NCBI GenBank assembly: GCA_965250085.1 | Contig: OZ252287.1 | Location: forward strand, 1,088,001-1,152,000 | Length of the DNA stretch: 64,000 nt | Origin: Candidatus Altimarinota bacterium | GTDB lineage: Bacteria > Patescibacteriota > Gracilibacteria > CAIRYL01 | Reading direction: 5' to 3' | Made by a program: the position numbers and the translations under genes | Part shown: piece by piece, positions 1 through 14,243 of the stretch | How the letters are laid out: every line of letters begins with the position of its first letter | Position numbering within the stretch: position 1 is the first letter of the stretch | Notes under the pieces: generated by a model | The model's input: the letters and a program-made list of their open reading frames with translations, nothing else | Told to the model about the DNA's origin: nothing | The model's database searches: none

Positions 1-477
1 CTGAGATATAAGGGCAATATTTCCTTTGTTCGGCATTCCTTCTGCAAAAGAAGCATTCAGATCTTTATGGATATTCAAGACTCCCAAGCAGTTGGGTCCC
101 ACAAGGTTCATCTTATGTTTTTTTACAATTTTTTGGATCTCTTGCTCCATGGCAGCTCCTTCTTTACCGGTTTCTTTAAATCCTGCAGATATAATGACGA
201 CATTCTGAATTTTTTTCACAGCACATTCTTTGAGCACTGTTATTACAACAGAAGCTGGGACCGCAATGATCGCTAGGTCTATTTTTTCGGCTACCTTCAG
301 TACTGAAGGAAATGTTTTTTTCCCCAAAATCTCATCAATTTTTGGGTTGATCGGATAAATCTTTCCATCAAAGTCAGAGTGCACCAAATTGCTCAAAATA
401 TCGAATCCCAGCTTCCCTGGAGTAGCGGAAGCTCCTATAAGTGCTACTGATGAAGGACAGAAAAGTTTCTTCAGCAT
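1..477 (-). CDS. Acetate--CoA ligase (ADP-forming) family, N-terminal CoA-binding domain; runs off the window edge
   Basis: Manual translation from ATG at 477: MLKKLFCPSSVALIGASATPGKLGFDILSNL...IYPINPK...IISAGFKE...LVGPNCLG; not in the ORF track because it is truncated. Confidence 0.88.
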   Translation of the reverse strand, partial: MLKKLFCPSSVALIGASATPGKLGFDILSNLVHSDFDGKIYPINPKIDEILGKKTFPSVLKVAEKIDLAIIAVPASVVITVLKECAVKKIQNVVIISAGFKETGKEGAAMEQEIQKIVKKHKMNLVGPNCLGVLNIHKDLNASFAEGMPNKGNIALISQ

Positions 478-562
478 ATGTTTTTGTATTTGTTCAAGCC
501 ATTATACCAAATTTTCCTCGAAAAAACGAGGAAGAAAGGGGTAAAGATCGTGAGCGTTATGG

Positions 563-590
563 TTGACAAATCAACAGTATTGGGTATAAA
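563..590 (+). promoter_or_regulatory. sigma70-like promoter pointing into IS30 copy 1
   Basis: TTGACA (563-568), 16 bp, TATAAA (585-590); an ATG follows at 604, just before the IS end. Confidence 0.45.
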
Positions 591-607
591 TTAACCTACG
601 AATATGT

Positions 608-1649
608 CCCGCATTCTGTGGTGAAGTGCACCACTTGGGATAAAAAGATATTAGAGATTGTTATAGAAGTCAAAGACATGGGTGGGAGTTCTAAAGCCGA
701 GAACTTTCATGGGAGTGTTGTTAAGAGTATCAACAAAGGATTGTAACTGGTTTTGAGAGAAATTCTTGAGGTCAGCTTTCTTAGGGACAAATTTTCTAAG
801 TTTTCCAATGGCGTTTTCTACAGAGCCTTTTTGCCAAGAAGAGTAGGGGTCACAAAAATAAATAGGGATTCTTAAGTCTTTATATCTTGTGTTTTCTACA
901 CCGTTGTCCAAGGTAAGTGAGTATGCAGGGAGTTGGTGCAGAATGTCTCCAAATCCCTGCATGGATTCTCTGAGCCGAGACACCTTCTTCACGAATATTT
1001 TACGAGAGAGTCGTTCTCTAACGATGACAAGAGTTTGTGGGGAAGCTTTCTTGGGTCTGCCCATGGTATCTCCTTCGTAGTGTCCAAATCTTTTCTTCTG
1101 GTTGATATGCTGAGGTCTTTGGGCAATAAACACTCTATCTTTGATGATTTCATGCTTTGATTTCTTCTTTCTCCGTTTACGCTTCCTATATCTCTTGCGA
1201 TAAAGAAGAGGACATAGGTCTTGTCCGTGTGCACTGTAGAGATATGTATAGATGGCATCTTTCCCAATACGAACTCTCTTCTCCAAGTACAGTACTCCTG
1301 CAATCTTCTCTGGTGACCATTTTAACAACATCTTTTCTCGCATATACTTCTCTATCTCATCATCCTCACGTACCTTCATTCCTTGGTATTTACTAAATCT
1401 TCTTTTGTTCTGTGCTTTTTGATGAGCCTTACACGCATCGTATCCTCCTCTCTTCATCTTCCGCTTGAGCTCTCTGATGATTGTAGAGTGACTCCTGTTC
1501 ATCGCTTTGGCTATCGATCTCATCGAATACCCTTTGGAGTGGAGTATTAAGAGTTCTTGTCTCTCGCTCTTACTGAAGTGTTCATAGTTGTTCATGCACC
1601 TAGAGTATTAAATTCTTCCGAGGTGGTGCACTTCAAACTCGAATTGAGG
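608..1649 (-). mobile_element. IS30-family insertion sequence, copy 1 (1042 bp)
   Basis: Imperfect 27-bp terminal inverted repeats CCCGCATTCTGTGGTGAAGTGCACCAC / CCTCAATTCGAGTTTGAAGTGCACCAC; near-identical to 43891-44932. Confidence 0.93.
651..1595 (-). CDS. IS30-family transposase
   Basis: N-terminal HTH (SMRSIAKAMNRSHSTI), WSPEKIAG, GHYEGDT, TLDNG, DPYSSWQKGSVEN DDE motifs. Confidence 0.93.
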   Translation of the reverse strand: MNNYEHFSKSERQELLILHSKGYSMRSIAKAMNRSHSTIIRELKRKMKRGGYDACKAHQKAQNKRRFSKYQGMKVREDDEIEKYMREKMLLKWSPEKIAGVLYLEKRVRIGKDAIYTYLYSAHGQDLCPLLYRKRYRKRKRRKKKSKHEIIKDRVFIAQRPQHINQKKRFGHYEGDTMGRPKKASPQTLVIVRERLSRKIFVKKVSRLRESMQGFGDILHQLPAYSLTLDNGVENTRYKDLRIPIYFCDPYSSWQKGSVENAIGKLRKFVPKKADLKNFSQNQLQSFVDTLNNTPMKVLGFRTPTHVFDFYNNL

Positions 1650-1823
1650 ATTATTAGTTCCAAGGAATAGAAATTTGCAGATCTAGCCACTTCGAAAGAC
1701 GAGTCCGATTCAATTCATCTTGCCCCCGTTCCAATATCCAATCCTGAATATCCCGCCGGCTCGGAAGAACAGTCAGAAGAAACGATTTCTGATGCTCAGA
1801 GAATAGAAAACCTCTGTTCAGAG

Positions 1824-2426
1824 ATGACCAGTACAGGAGCAGAGCTGACCGACCCTTGGCTGAGGGAAGTCGTCACCGGTCTGAGCCGCACTGTCCGTTG
1901 GGCGGCCAGTGAAGTACTGGATGCAATCGAACCTGAACGGTACTACTGGACGAAAGAAATGCTGGAAAAAGCATACAATGATGGGCGTCTTAGAAAATAT
2001 CATCCCGGTGAAGGTTTCCAGAGAGCGCTCGGCATTTTGAAGTATGACTACGGGGAAAGGCTCGGCCTCATTGGCTTCTTCTCGCAGGGCACAACCGAGC
2101 ACGATCGCGTGGTGCTGTCGACAATTGCGAAGTTTGATCTGAAACTCTATGAAGCACTCAAGATGGGACTGCGGAACCGGAAGAAGTCTCGGAAGACTCA
2201 CCAAGTCCGTTTGGAACTCAGCGATGGATCGGTGACCACGCCGGTCCGTACGCTTTCAGATCTGGTGCTCTCAATCAGGAGCATCGCGTACCGAGATCTT
2301 GAAGATCGTGGAATGTTGTGGATATCCGAAGTCGAGGAGATTTCAAAAGCTATCCAAGATCTCTATGCCTCGCGGCGAAAGAACATGGCCAGAGCTACCC
2401 ACGCCGGGTTGCCCTCAGATCAATAG
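1824..2426 (+). CDS. Hypothetical protein (orphan; frame is open upstream to 1671)
   Basis: 200-aa ORF, visibly GC-richer than its surroundings, followed by hairpins; no recognisable motif. Confidence 0.55.
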   Translation: MTSTGAELTDPWLREVVTGLSRTVRWAASEVLDAIEPERYYWTKEMLEKAYNDGRLRKYHPGEGFQRALGILKYDYGERLGLIGFFSQGTTEHDRVVLSTIAKFDLKLYEALKMGLRNRKKSRKTHQVRLELSDGSVTTPVRTLSDLVLSIRSIAYRDLEDRGMLWISEVEEISKAIQDLYASRRKNMARATHAGLPSDQ

Positions 2427-2432
2427 TAACTT

Positions 2433-2494
2433 AACCCTTCATCTTCGCCGTTCAAGGGTTGACAACCTACGTTGGTTCAGGTTTCCAACCTGAA
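2433..2494. terminator. Two hairpins after the orphan ORF (possible terminator)
   Basis: AACCCTT...AAGGGTT and TTCAGGTT-TCC-AACCTGAA. Confidence 0.35.
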
Positions 2495-2553
2495 TCTTTA
2501 CATTTCCATTACTTTTCACTCTAGGAAGATAATAAAGTATATTTCTTCATTCA

Positions 2554-2755
2554 TATTTTTTCGATTCATGTAGAGGACACTTTTTGTCTTATAAGATTTT
2601 TGGAAAGTATAGAAATACCTGATTCAAGTTACCCTTCAAAGGCGGGCAGGCTAAACTTGAACCATCGACAGTGCCCTCAATACCTCGTGCCTCAGTCTCC
2701 TAGTAGGTGTTCTGACATGGATATTGGCTTCACAGGAATTCATGGCGAAAAAATA
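2554..2755 (+). ncRNA. Candidate structured RNA or recA 5' leader (family unknown)
   Basis: Perfect 10-bp closing stem TATTTTTTCG (2554-63) / CGAAAAAATA (2746-55), nested stems, and an upstream TTCACT-17-TATATT promoter (2515-2543). Confidence 0.4.
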
Positions 2756-2877
2756 AACTCTGTTCTTTCCAGCATAAAACACAATTCTCGTAATGTTTTC
2801 TTAAATGCACACCAGAAAATACTTTTAATTTTTCTTAAGTTCTGGCATCCTGTTTTGGCATATTTCCCCTTCCTTTC

Positions 2878-3912
2878 ATGGTCACAGATCAAAAACAAAA
2901 GGCGTTAGAAAGCGCTCTTTCACAAATTCAGAAACAATTTGGAGAAGGCTCTATCATGAACCTTTCCAGTGCTGGTAAGATGAAAATAGAAACGATTCCC
3001 ACAGGAGCACTTTCGCTTGATATCGCACTTGGCGGAGGTATTCCCAAGGGGCGCGTTGTTGAGATTTATGGTCCTGAATCTTCAGGGAAAACAACCCTGA
3101 CTCTTCACATTGCTGCTGAATGCCAGAAGCAAGGAGGGCAGGTAGCATTTATTGATGCAGAGCATGCACTGGACCCACAATACGCAAAAAATATTGGTCT
3201 GGATGTAGAGAAATGCACTATTTCTCAACCCGACTCTGGAGAACAAGCCCTTGAAATCACTGAGATGTTGGTGCGATCCGGAGCCGTAGATCTGGTGATT
3301 ATCGATTCAGTAGCAGCTCTGGTGCCCAAGGCAGAGATAGAAGGTATGATGGGAGATTCTCACATGGGACTTCAAGCGAGACTGATGAGCCAAGCTCTCA
3401 GGAAGCTCACAAGCATCATTGGCAAATCCAAATGCACGGTGATTTTTATCAATCAAATCCGTATGAAAATCGGTATCGTGTTTGGCAATCCCGAAACAAC
3501 GACTGGAGGCAATGCACTTAAGTTCTATTCTTCTGTGCGGCTCGATATTCGTCGCCGTGCCAAGATTGATCAGGGAAGTGGTGATGACAAAGAAGCGGTG
3601 GGGAATCGTGTGAAGGTCAAGGTGGTGAAAAATAAAGTAGCACCTCCATTTAAAGTCGCGGAATTTGATATCATGTTTAACGAAGGGATCTCCAGAGAAG
3701 GAGATGTATTGGACATGGCGGTCAATTATGACATTGTCAAAAAATCGGGAGCATTTTTCTCTTATGGAGATACAAAACTTGGTCAGGGTAGAGAAAATGC
3801 AAAAAAATTCCTCAGAGAAAATGTAAAAACAGCAGAAAAAATAGAAAAAGAAGTTCTGAGGAGAGTAGAAAAGGGAGAAGAACCAGGAGAAGAAGTCGCA
3901 GAAGAAAAATAA
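2878..3912 (+). CDS. recA: Recombinase RecA
   Basis: GPESSGKTT Walker [32 protein letters not shown]. Confidence 0.99.
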   Translation: MVTDQKQKALESALSQIQKQFGEGSIMNLSSAGKMKIETIPTGALSLDIALGGGIPKGRVVEIYGPESSGKTTLTLHIAAECQKQGGQVAFIDAEHALDPQYAKNIGLDVEKCTISQPDSGEQALEITEMLVRSGAVDLVIIDSVAALVPKAEIEGMMGDSHMGLQARLMSQALRKLTSIIGKSKCTVIFINQIRMKIGIVFGNPETTTGGNALKFYSSVRLDIRRRAKIDQGSGDDKEAVGNRVKVKVVKNKVAPPFKVAEFDIMFNEGISREGDVLDMAVNYDIVKKSGAFFSYGDTKLGQGRENAKKFLRENVKTAEKIEKEVLRRVEKGEEPGEEVAEEK

Positions 3913-3928
3913 TTTATGGAAATGATAT

Positions 3929-5200
3929 ATGCACCACCAACACAATTTCTCTGATAATCTTCGTCTTATTACTGCCCCAAGAAATGGAACGGAGGCCGTA
4001 ACTCTTTTGGTGCTTACAGGGGCTGGATCTCGAAATGAATGTGAAAACGAAAGAGGGATCTCCCACTTCTTAGAACACATGTTTTTTAAGGGCGGAAAAA
4101 AGTTTCAAAGCGCAAAACAAGTTGCTGAGGCGATAGACAGCGTAGGCGGAGATTTTAATGCCTTTACCGGCAAGGAATACGCTGGATACTATGTAAAAAC
4201 TGCAGCAGAAAATGCAAAAGTTGCATTTGATGTACTCTCAGACATGCTGCTCCACGCCACCTTCCCGCAAAATGAAATTGAAAAAGAGCGAGGCGTTATC
4301 CTCCAGGAATACAACATGTATGAAGACACGCCGATGTATAAAATCGGCTGGGATTTTGAAGAACTTCTTTTTAGTAATGATCATCCTATGGGATGGGATC
4401 AAATTGGTACCAAAAAACTTATTACTACGGTTAATCAAGATGATTTTCAAGCGTACAAAGCATCACTCTATACGCCGGACAATACGGTCATCATTGCTGC
4501 AGGAAATATTGAAAAAGAAGCAGCTAAAGATCTTACAGAAAAATATTTCATATTCGATAAAACCTCTCAATCACGCCATCATATTCCATTTATTTGGTCA
4601 GAAAAAAACAAAAGAATTCATATTCGCGATAAAAAAACAGAGCAAGCCCATCTCGTCATGGGATACCCTGGGCTTCCTATGGAACACAAAGATGAATACG
4701 TCATGCAACTTCTTGCAGTAATACTCGGGGGGAACATGAGCTCTCGCATGTTTCTCAATATTCGCGAAGCTCATGGACTGTGCTATTCCATTTCCACAAG
4801 TACTGACCGATACACTGATTGTGGAGTGATTTCCACTCATGCTGGAGTTGATATTCCTCGCGCTGAGAAAGCCATTATTGCTATTAAAAGAGAGTATGAA
4901 CGAATGACAGAAGAAAAAGTCTCTGATCAAGAACTTCAAAAGGCAAAAAACTTTCTCAAAGGAAAAATCACTTTGCGCATGGAAGATAGCGAGCAGATCG
5001 CAAGTTTTTTTGGAACACAAGCGCTCCTGAGATCTGAGGTCAAAACATTGGACGATGTCTTTAACGCGGTCAATTCAGTGACAGCAGATGATATCTTCAG
5101 AGTGGCTCAAGAACTGTTTGTTCCTGCCAAGCTTTCTTTGGCGATGATTGGTCCATTCTCTGGCCAAGAGGAGAAATTTGAAGCGTTGCTCAGAGATTAG
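3929..5200 (+). CDS. M16 family zinc metallopeptidase (pitrilysin/insulinase)
   Basis: HFLEHMFFKG (HxxEH), NAFTGKEY, GGNMSSRMF. Confidence 0.93.
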   Translation: MHHQHNFSDNLRLITAPRNGTEAVTLLVLTGAGSRNECENERGISHFLEHMFFKGGKKFQSAKQVAEAIDSVGGDFNAFTGKEYAGYYVKTAAENAKVAFDVLSDMLLHATFPQNEIEKERGVILQEYNMYEDTPMYKIGWDFEELLFSNDHPMGWDQIGTKKLITTVNQDDFQAYKASLYTPDNTVIIAAGNIEKEAAKDLTEKYFIFDKTSQSRHHIPFIWSEKNKRIHIRDKKTEQAHLVMGYPGLPMEHKDEYVMQLLAVILGGNMSSRMFLNIREAHGLCYSISTSTDRYTDCGVISTHAGVDIPRAEKAIIAIKREYERMTEEKVSDQELQKAKNFLKGKITLRMEDSEQIASFFGTQALLRSEVKTLDDVFNAVNSVTADDIFRVAQELFVPAKLSLAMIGPFSGQEEKFEALLRD

Positions 5201-5254
5201 TTTTTATCAGTACTGTGTCTGGTTCCTTTAAAAATTTAATCGAAGAGTTGGTTT

Positions 5255-5342
5255 AATTCCCCGACCCTCAGGGTTGGAAAGATTTGTTTGCGAAGCAAAC
5301 TTTCCTTCAGCAATACCTCGAGGCTCTGCCTCGGGGTAGTTT
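5255..5342. repeat. Cluster of three GC-rich hairpins (REP/MITE-like; resembles IS200/IS605-type ends)
   Basis: CCGACCC-TCA-GGGTTGG; GTTTGC-GAA-GCAAAC; TACCTCGAGGC-TCT-GCCTCGGGGTA. Confidence 0.5.
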
Positions 5343-5369
5343 ATTCTCCACACAACCTCATAACCCCCG

Positions 5370-5395
5370 TATACAGCATACTAGTATGCTGTATA
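5370..5395. repeat. Perfect 26-bp palindrome
   Basis: TATACAGCATACTAGTATGCTGTATA is its own reverse complement. Confidence 0.9.
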
Positions 5396-5508
5396 TGGAT
5401 TGACGGTAGATGCTAAACTAAATGGAGGGTGAGTAATGGAGGGCAAAGGTTTCTTCTTTTTCATATAGAGAGTATTATCAAGTACACCTCTATATTTTTT
5501 ATAGTCAT

Positions 5509-5898
5509 ATGTCCAAACCAAAACTCAATTTTGCACATCTGTGTGATAACGCATTTCTTTCACAAGACAATAAGCTCAATATTATCGGTATTTTTCGTGA
5601 GATCTATTCACAAAAATTTCCCTTTCGCTATCCCAAAATGGCAGTGGTGATGAATGTAACAGTGGAGAAAGGCATGCATCCATTCGCAATCCATATGATG
5701 AAAGAGGGAACCACAGATCCGGTAATGAAGATGCAGGGCGAGGTAAAATCAAGCGAAACAAAGGATTTTAATCTTATCATTGATCTCGCAAATATCGCTT
5801 TTGAAGACCAACGAAAATATAGAATAGATATTCTTATGGAAGATGAAGTTATCGGAGCCATTCCATTCGAGATAAAGCTTATGCCACAGAAAAAATAG
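5509..5898 (+). CDS. DUF6941-like hypothetical protein
   Basis: FAHLCDNA...KLNIIGIF...FP pattern and beta-rich 129 aa. Confidence 0.65.
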   Translation: MSKPKLNFAHLCDNAFLSQDNKLNIIGIFREIYSQKFPFRYPKMAVVMNVTVEKGMHPFAIHMMKEGTTDPVMKMQGEVKSSETKDFNLIIDLANIAFEDQRKYRIDILMEDEVIGAIPFEIKLMPQKK

Positions 5899-7174
5899 TC
5901 TCTATTTTTATATATTCGAGCGCAGTTGGAATAGAAAAATTAAGAAGATGATGAATCTTAGAAAGGGTATTTGCGGAGTAGACACAAATGCGTATTTCCG
6001 TGTCTTTGTAATCTGCTCCATATCCGGCTTGGATAAGAGTATGGAGAAGAGGACCTTCCTTCATGTGTTTTATAAGATCTTGAGCAGAAATACTTTCTGG
6101 TAATCTCATGACATGAGAAGTAGTGGATTGTATTCTTGGATCCTCAGTAACCATACTAATGCCTTTTTTTCCTAGTTCCCCTTCACGTACTGCTTCAGTA
6201 ATGAGCCTTCTTGCTTCTAATTGTAACTCCGCGACTTCTTTCCATCTTTCATCAGTACCATACATACGTTCTAATATAATTCGCTCACGATAGAGCTCTC
6301 CCATGGGTGGAGTCTGCATTGTTTGCCCCCTCTCTGCCATCCTTTTTTCATTTGTTCCATACGCCGCCTGTATCCCGAGCTTACCTCCCGTATCAAGTCC
6401 AGATCTTTGTACTTCTTGAGCTCGTGCCAGTGCTCTGTTATTAAACAGTAATATTCCGGAACCAGGTCCAATTGCCGGTTGTTTTTGGTTTGCCCAAAAA
6501 ATAATATCGGGAATATACTCTCTTTCTGCTCCAATTATTTGCGAAGACACTGCATCAACAACTATTACTGTATTTAGCTCTTCCTTATCCCTTATCCTTA
6601 CTAATTCTTGGATAGCCTGTGATTGATTGGCTCCTGTGGTGGTTCCGTTTTCTGTGAGATAAAGGGTTGCAATACTTTCATCTCGCATTCCTTCCACAAT
6701 ACCTCGAAACTCTCGCTGCTCCTTTCCAACAAGAGCATGACCCCTCTGGAATCTAATCGCTTTATATCTTCTCCCCATAGCCTTCATTTCACTTTCAGCG
6801 ACTCGAGAAAAGTTATCAGTATCTACTAGTACTGTGCTCTCTGCAAAGCAAGCAGCGCGTATAGTTCTTTCCATCCCATCTGTTCCAGAGTTTGTATGAG
6901 CCACATGCCACCCTTCAGGAGTTTCTGAAAAATCTGTAAAATCAGCGTCTCTTAAATCTTCAGAAATACCAAGCATATCAAATACTCTTATATTAATTCC
7001 CTTTATGAGGAACTGTGCAAATTCACCCCTGTGGCTTTCTTCTCTAGCGAGTTCAAGTATTTTTCGAAATTCCCAATCCTCTTTTATACAAAGACGATGT
7101 ATTTTACTTGGCCCCGCTGTATATCGTTCTATATCTTGAGGGGTAGGTAATTCCAAAGATTGTCCAATTGCCAT
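5879..7174 (-). CDS. PLP-dependent aminotransferase class V (divergent, phosphoserine aminotransferase-like)
   Basis: TAGPS, SGTDGME, VVDAVSS, ANQK (PLP lysine), QTPP motifs. Confidence 0.7.
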   Translation of the reverse strand: MAIGQSLELPTPQDIERYTAGPSKIHRLCIKEDWEFRKILELAREESHRGEFAQFLIKGINIRVFDMLGISEDLRDADFTDFSETPEGWHVAHTNSGTDGMERTIRAACFAESTVLVDTDNFSRVAESEMKAMGRRYKAIRFQRGHALVGKEQREFRGIVEGMRDESIATLYLTENGTTTGANQSQAIQELVRIRDKEELNTVIVVDAVSSQIIGAEREYIPDIIFWANQKQPAIGPGSGILLFNNRALARAQEVQRSGLDTGGKLGIQAAYGTNEKRMAERGQTMQTPPMGELYRERIILERMYGTDERWKEVAELQLEARRLITEAVREGELGKKGISMVTEDPRIQSTTSHVMRLPESISAQDLIKHMKEGPLLHTLIQAGYGADYKDTEIRICVYSANTLSKIHHLLNFSIPTALEYIKIETIFSVA

Positions 7175-7247
7175 ACATATTTAAAATAAAGCATCGATAC
7201 CATCTCAAATTGCACAAATTTTCGTCAAAACATTTATTTATTTTCTG

Positions 7248-10203
<2,956 letters not shown>

Positions 10204-10671
10204 CTAAGTATTGATAAGAAGAAAAGCAATGGCACATCCTAAAAATATTCCAGCCAACATTTCATAAAACGTATGCCCCAATCTCTCATCCAATTTTTTC
10301 TGTCCGAGAAGATAGTTGAGAACTTTGGCGTGTTGACCCGCTTCCCAGCGAATCTTTACCGAATCATATATTACCAGGAGTGCAAAAGCAGCACTAATAG
10401 CAAATTCAATAGACTCAGATCCCTTCAGGAGAAATGCTGTCATTGCAATACTGGAGGCGAGTGTAGAATGACCCGAAGGCATACCTCCACTGTGTCCAAA
10501 TTCGCCAAATAAGATCGCCCTTTTTTTGCAGCTGGCAATGGCAAACTTCAAACTTTCTGCTACAAATACTGCAACAAGTGGCACAAAGACAGGATAGGTA
10601 GCAAAAAAACTCACGTTCGGTGGGGAGGAAAAGTACAACTCCATTGTTTCAAAAAACAACAGTTCTCTCAA
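10204..10671 (-). CDS. Divergent PAP2 family protein (DUF212)
   Basis: SGGMPSGHS, VIYDS..IRWEAGQHA, LGHT..E. Confidence 0.88.
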   Translation of the reverse strand: MRELLFFETMELYFSSPPNVSFFATYPVFVPLVAVFVAESLKFAIASCKKRAILFGEFGHSGGMPSGHSTLASSIAMTAFLLKGSESIEFAISAAFALLVIYDSVKIRWEAGQHAKVLNYLLGQKKLDERLGHTFYEMLAGIFLGCAIAFLLINT

Positions 10672-10775
10672 GGTAACCGCTTCTCTCTTGAGGAATACGG
10701 AAGACCATATTTTTTGACATAATTTCTATTTTCAGTTTATAGTAAGTGTATCTTTTTCCTTTTACCCCCTTTTCT

Positions 10776-11192
10776 ATGGAGATGCTCTTTCCTGGCGGCG
10801 CAGACTACGTCGCGTTATTGGCAACTACTATTGTTGTCTTTTTGTTTGGATTTATTTGGTATTCTCCTGGTGTTTTCGGGAAGACCTGGATGAAGCTTGT
10901 TGGTGTGAGCGAAGGCAAAAAAGAAGACATGCCCAAAACGATGTTGATGGGTTTTCTTAATACCCTTGTGGGAGTGTATGTCGTATGGCTCCTTATGGGC
11001 ATGGTAAATCTTGGTAGCACGCAGGAAGCATTTATGTTTGGGTTTATCCTCTGGCTTGGGTTTCAGGCAACCATGCTCGTTGGCGGATGTTTATGGGAAA
11101 AAAAGCCGGTACAACTCTTTTGGCTCAATGGTGCATATTATTTATTAGCCATTTGGATTACCATTCTGGTACTCATGAACTGGAAATGGTAA
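10776..11192 (+). CDS. DUF1761 family membrane protein
   Basis: GFIWYSPGVFGKTW motif, four TM helices, LFWLNGAY. Confidence 0.8.
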   Translation: MEMLFPGGADYVALLATTIVVFLFGFIWYSPGVFGKTWMKLVGVSEGKKEDMPKTMLMGFLNTLVGVYVVWLLMGMVNLGSTQEAFMFGFILWLGFQATMLVGGCLWEKKPVQLFWLNGAYYLLAIWITILVLMNWKW

Positions 11193-11313
11193 TCATTTCT
11201 CCTCTTTTTTCATAAAGGGGTATTGAACGGACTAAAATCTTTTTTATTCCTCTTGAACAAGGGAATGGCATTGATGTCGATTTTAAAAAACAAGTGATAT
11301 ACACTTATTATTG

Positions 11314-12123
11314 ATGAGTAATAAAATTGCATTTCTTGGTGCTGGGAACATGGGGGCATCAATACTTTCTGCCCTTCTGGCAAAACAAGTAGTTGCTCCA
11401 GAGGAGCTGAGTGTATGTGACAAAAGTGCTGAGAAACTCAAAATTTTTTCCCAACAGAGAATAACAGTTTCTCAAAATGCAGAAGAAATTCTTTCTGATG
11501 CCAAATTTGTATTTCTGGCCATAAAGCCGCAGGACTCAGGAGATTTTCTCACCACACTTTCTGGAAGTTTTGATCCACAGACAGTACTGGTATCTATTGC
11601 AGCTGGGCTCAATATGAGTTTTTTGAAGAAAAAAAGTGGACTTCAAAAAATTGTACGCGTTATGCCCAACACACCGGCAATGGTGCATATGGGAGTTTCA
11701 GGAATGCATGTTTCTGAAGATGTTTCTCCAGAAGAAAAAAGCTTTGTACACACTCTTTTGGAAAGTTTTAGTACGGTGATCATGTGTGAGAGTGAAGATA
11801 AAATTGATGCGATCACCGCTCTTTCTGGCAGTGGACCAGCATATTTTTTTCGTATTCTTGAGATTTTTTCTCAGAAAGCTCAGGAATTAGGATTTAGCAA
11901 AGAAGAATCAGACAGTATTGCTCTAGAAACACTTCGAGGAGCAGGCACATTAGTCTCATTGTCTGGAGAGGAGTTTTCTGTACTTCGAAAAAAAGTTACT
12001 TCTAAAGGTGGTACCACTGAAGCAGCATTAAAAGTATTTGAAGAAAAAAAGCTTGAAGAAATACTCAATGCTGGAATTGATGCGGCAGTGGAGAGGGCGA
12101 AGGAATTAGGAGATGTACATTAA
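11314..12123 (+). CDS. proC: Pyrroline-5-carboxylate reductase
   Basis: GAGNMG, RVMPNTPA, ALSGSGPAY, VTSKGGTT. Confidence 0.96.
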   Translation: MSNKIAFLGAGNMGASILSALLAKQVVAPEELSVCDKSAEKLKIFSQQRITVSQNAEEILSDAKFVFLAIKPQDSGDFLTTLSGSFDPQTVLVSIAAGLNMSFLKKKSGLQKIVRVMPNTPAMVHMGVSGMHVSEDVSPEEKSFVHTLLESFSTVIMCESEDKIDAITALSGSGPAYFFRILEIFSQKAQELGFSKEESDSIALETLRGAGTLVSLSGEEFSVLRKKVTSKGGTTEAALKVFEEKKLEEILNAGIDAAVERAKELGDVH

Positions 12124-12177
12124 CTTAAATTCTCTTTCTGAGTTCTAAAAAAATGTTTTGGTAGAGTAAATATACTC

Positions 12178-12212
12178 AAAAACACTCCTTGGTTATTGTA
12201 AGAAGTGTTTTT
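12178..12212. terminator. Putative bidirectional terminator between convergent proC and groEL
   Basis: AAAAACACT...AGTGTTTTT inverted repeat. Confidence 0.4.
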
Positions 12213-12215
12213 ATT

Positions 12216-12248
12216 AAATCCCCCTAGCCCCCTTTTTTAAAGGGGGAA
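12216..12248. repeat. REP-like repeat, family A (single hairpin)
   Basis: AAATCCCCCTAGCCCCCTTTTTTAAAGGGGGAA. Confidence 0.75.
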
Positions 12249-12259
12249 TAAATTTTGTA

Positions 12260-13927
<1,668 letters not shown>

Positions 13928-13948
13928 TTAAAAGTAAAAATAAAAAAA

Positions 13949-14215
13949 TTAAAGAGTTCCGAGAATGTCTTCTTCTTTCATGAGGAGATATTCTGTGCCT
14001 TCTATTGTAATTTCTGTAGGAGAAGGAGAATAGGTTTTAAATAATACGGTGTCTCCTTTTTTGACTGCTTTGCAGTCTGGCCCAACAGAAAGAACAGAGC
14101 CTTGTTGAGGTCTATCTTTAGAGACAGTGTCAGGGATCACAATACCTGAAGCACGAACTTCTTCGGCATCCTCAGCTCTGACAACTACATTGTCAAAAAT
14201 AGGTGTAATCTTCAT
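13949..14215 (-). CDS. groS: Co-chaperonin GroES
   Basis: P..DNVVV, SGIVIPDT, EEDILG; upstream of groEL. Confidence 0.96.
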   Translation of the reverse strand: MKITPIFDNVVVRAEDAEEVRASGIVIPDTVSKDRPQQGSVLSVGPDCKAVKKGDTVLFKTYSPSPTEITIEGTEYLLMKEEDILGTL

Positions 14216-14243
14216 ATATTTTTAATGTAAAAGAAGCTAAAAT

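Noticed and set aside
2610-2745. TPP riboswitch, SRP RNA or RNase P RNA
   Set aside because: Diagnostic motifs (CTGAGA, GGAAGG/AGCAG, GAGGAAAGTCC) are absent
2600-2908. 102-aa ORF upstream of recA
   Set aside because: TTG start, overlaps recA, no protein-like features; better explained by RNA structure
3307-4080. Long antisense ORFs (also over groEL, pnp, the ATPase, argS and hinT)
   Set aside because: Shadows of well-supported genes on the opposite strand
5370-5395. LexA box or TrpR operator
   Set aside because: The ACAG...CTGT arms are in the opposite orientation to CTGT-N8-ACAG, and there is only one CTAG core
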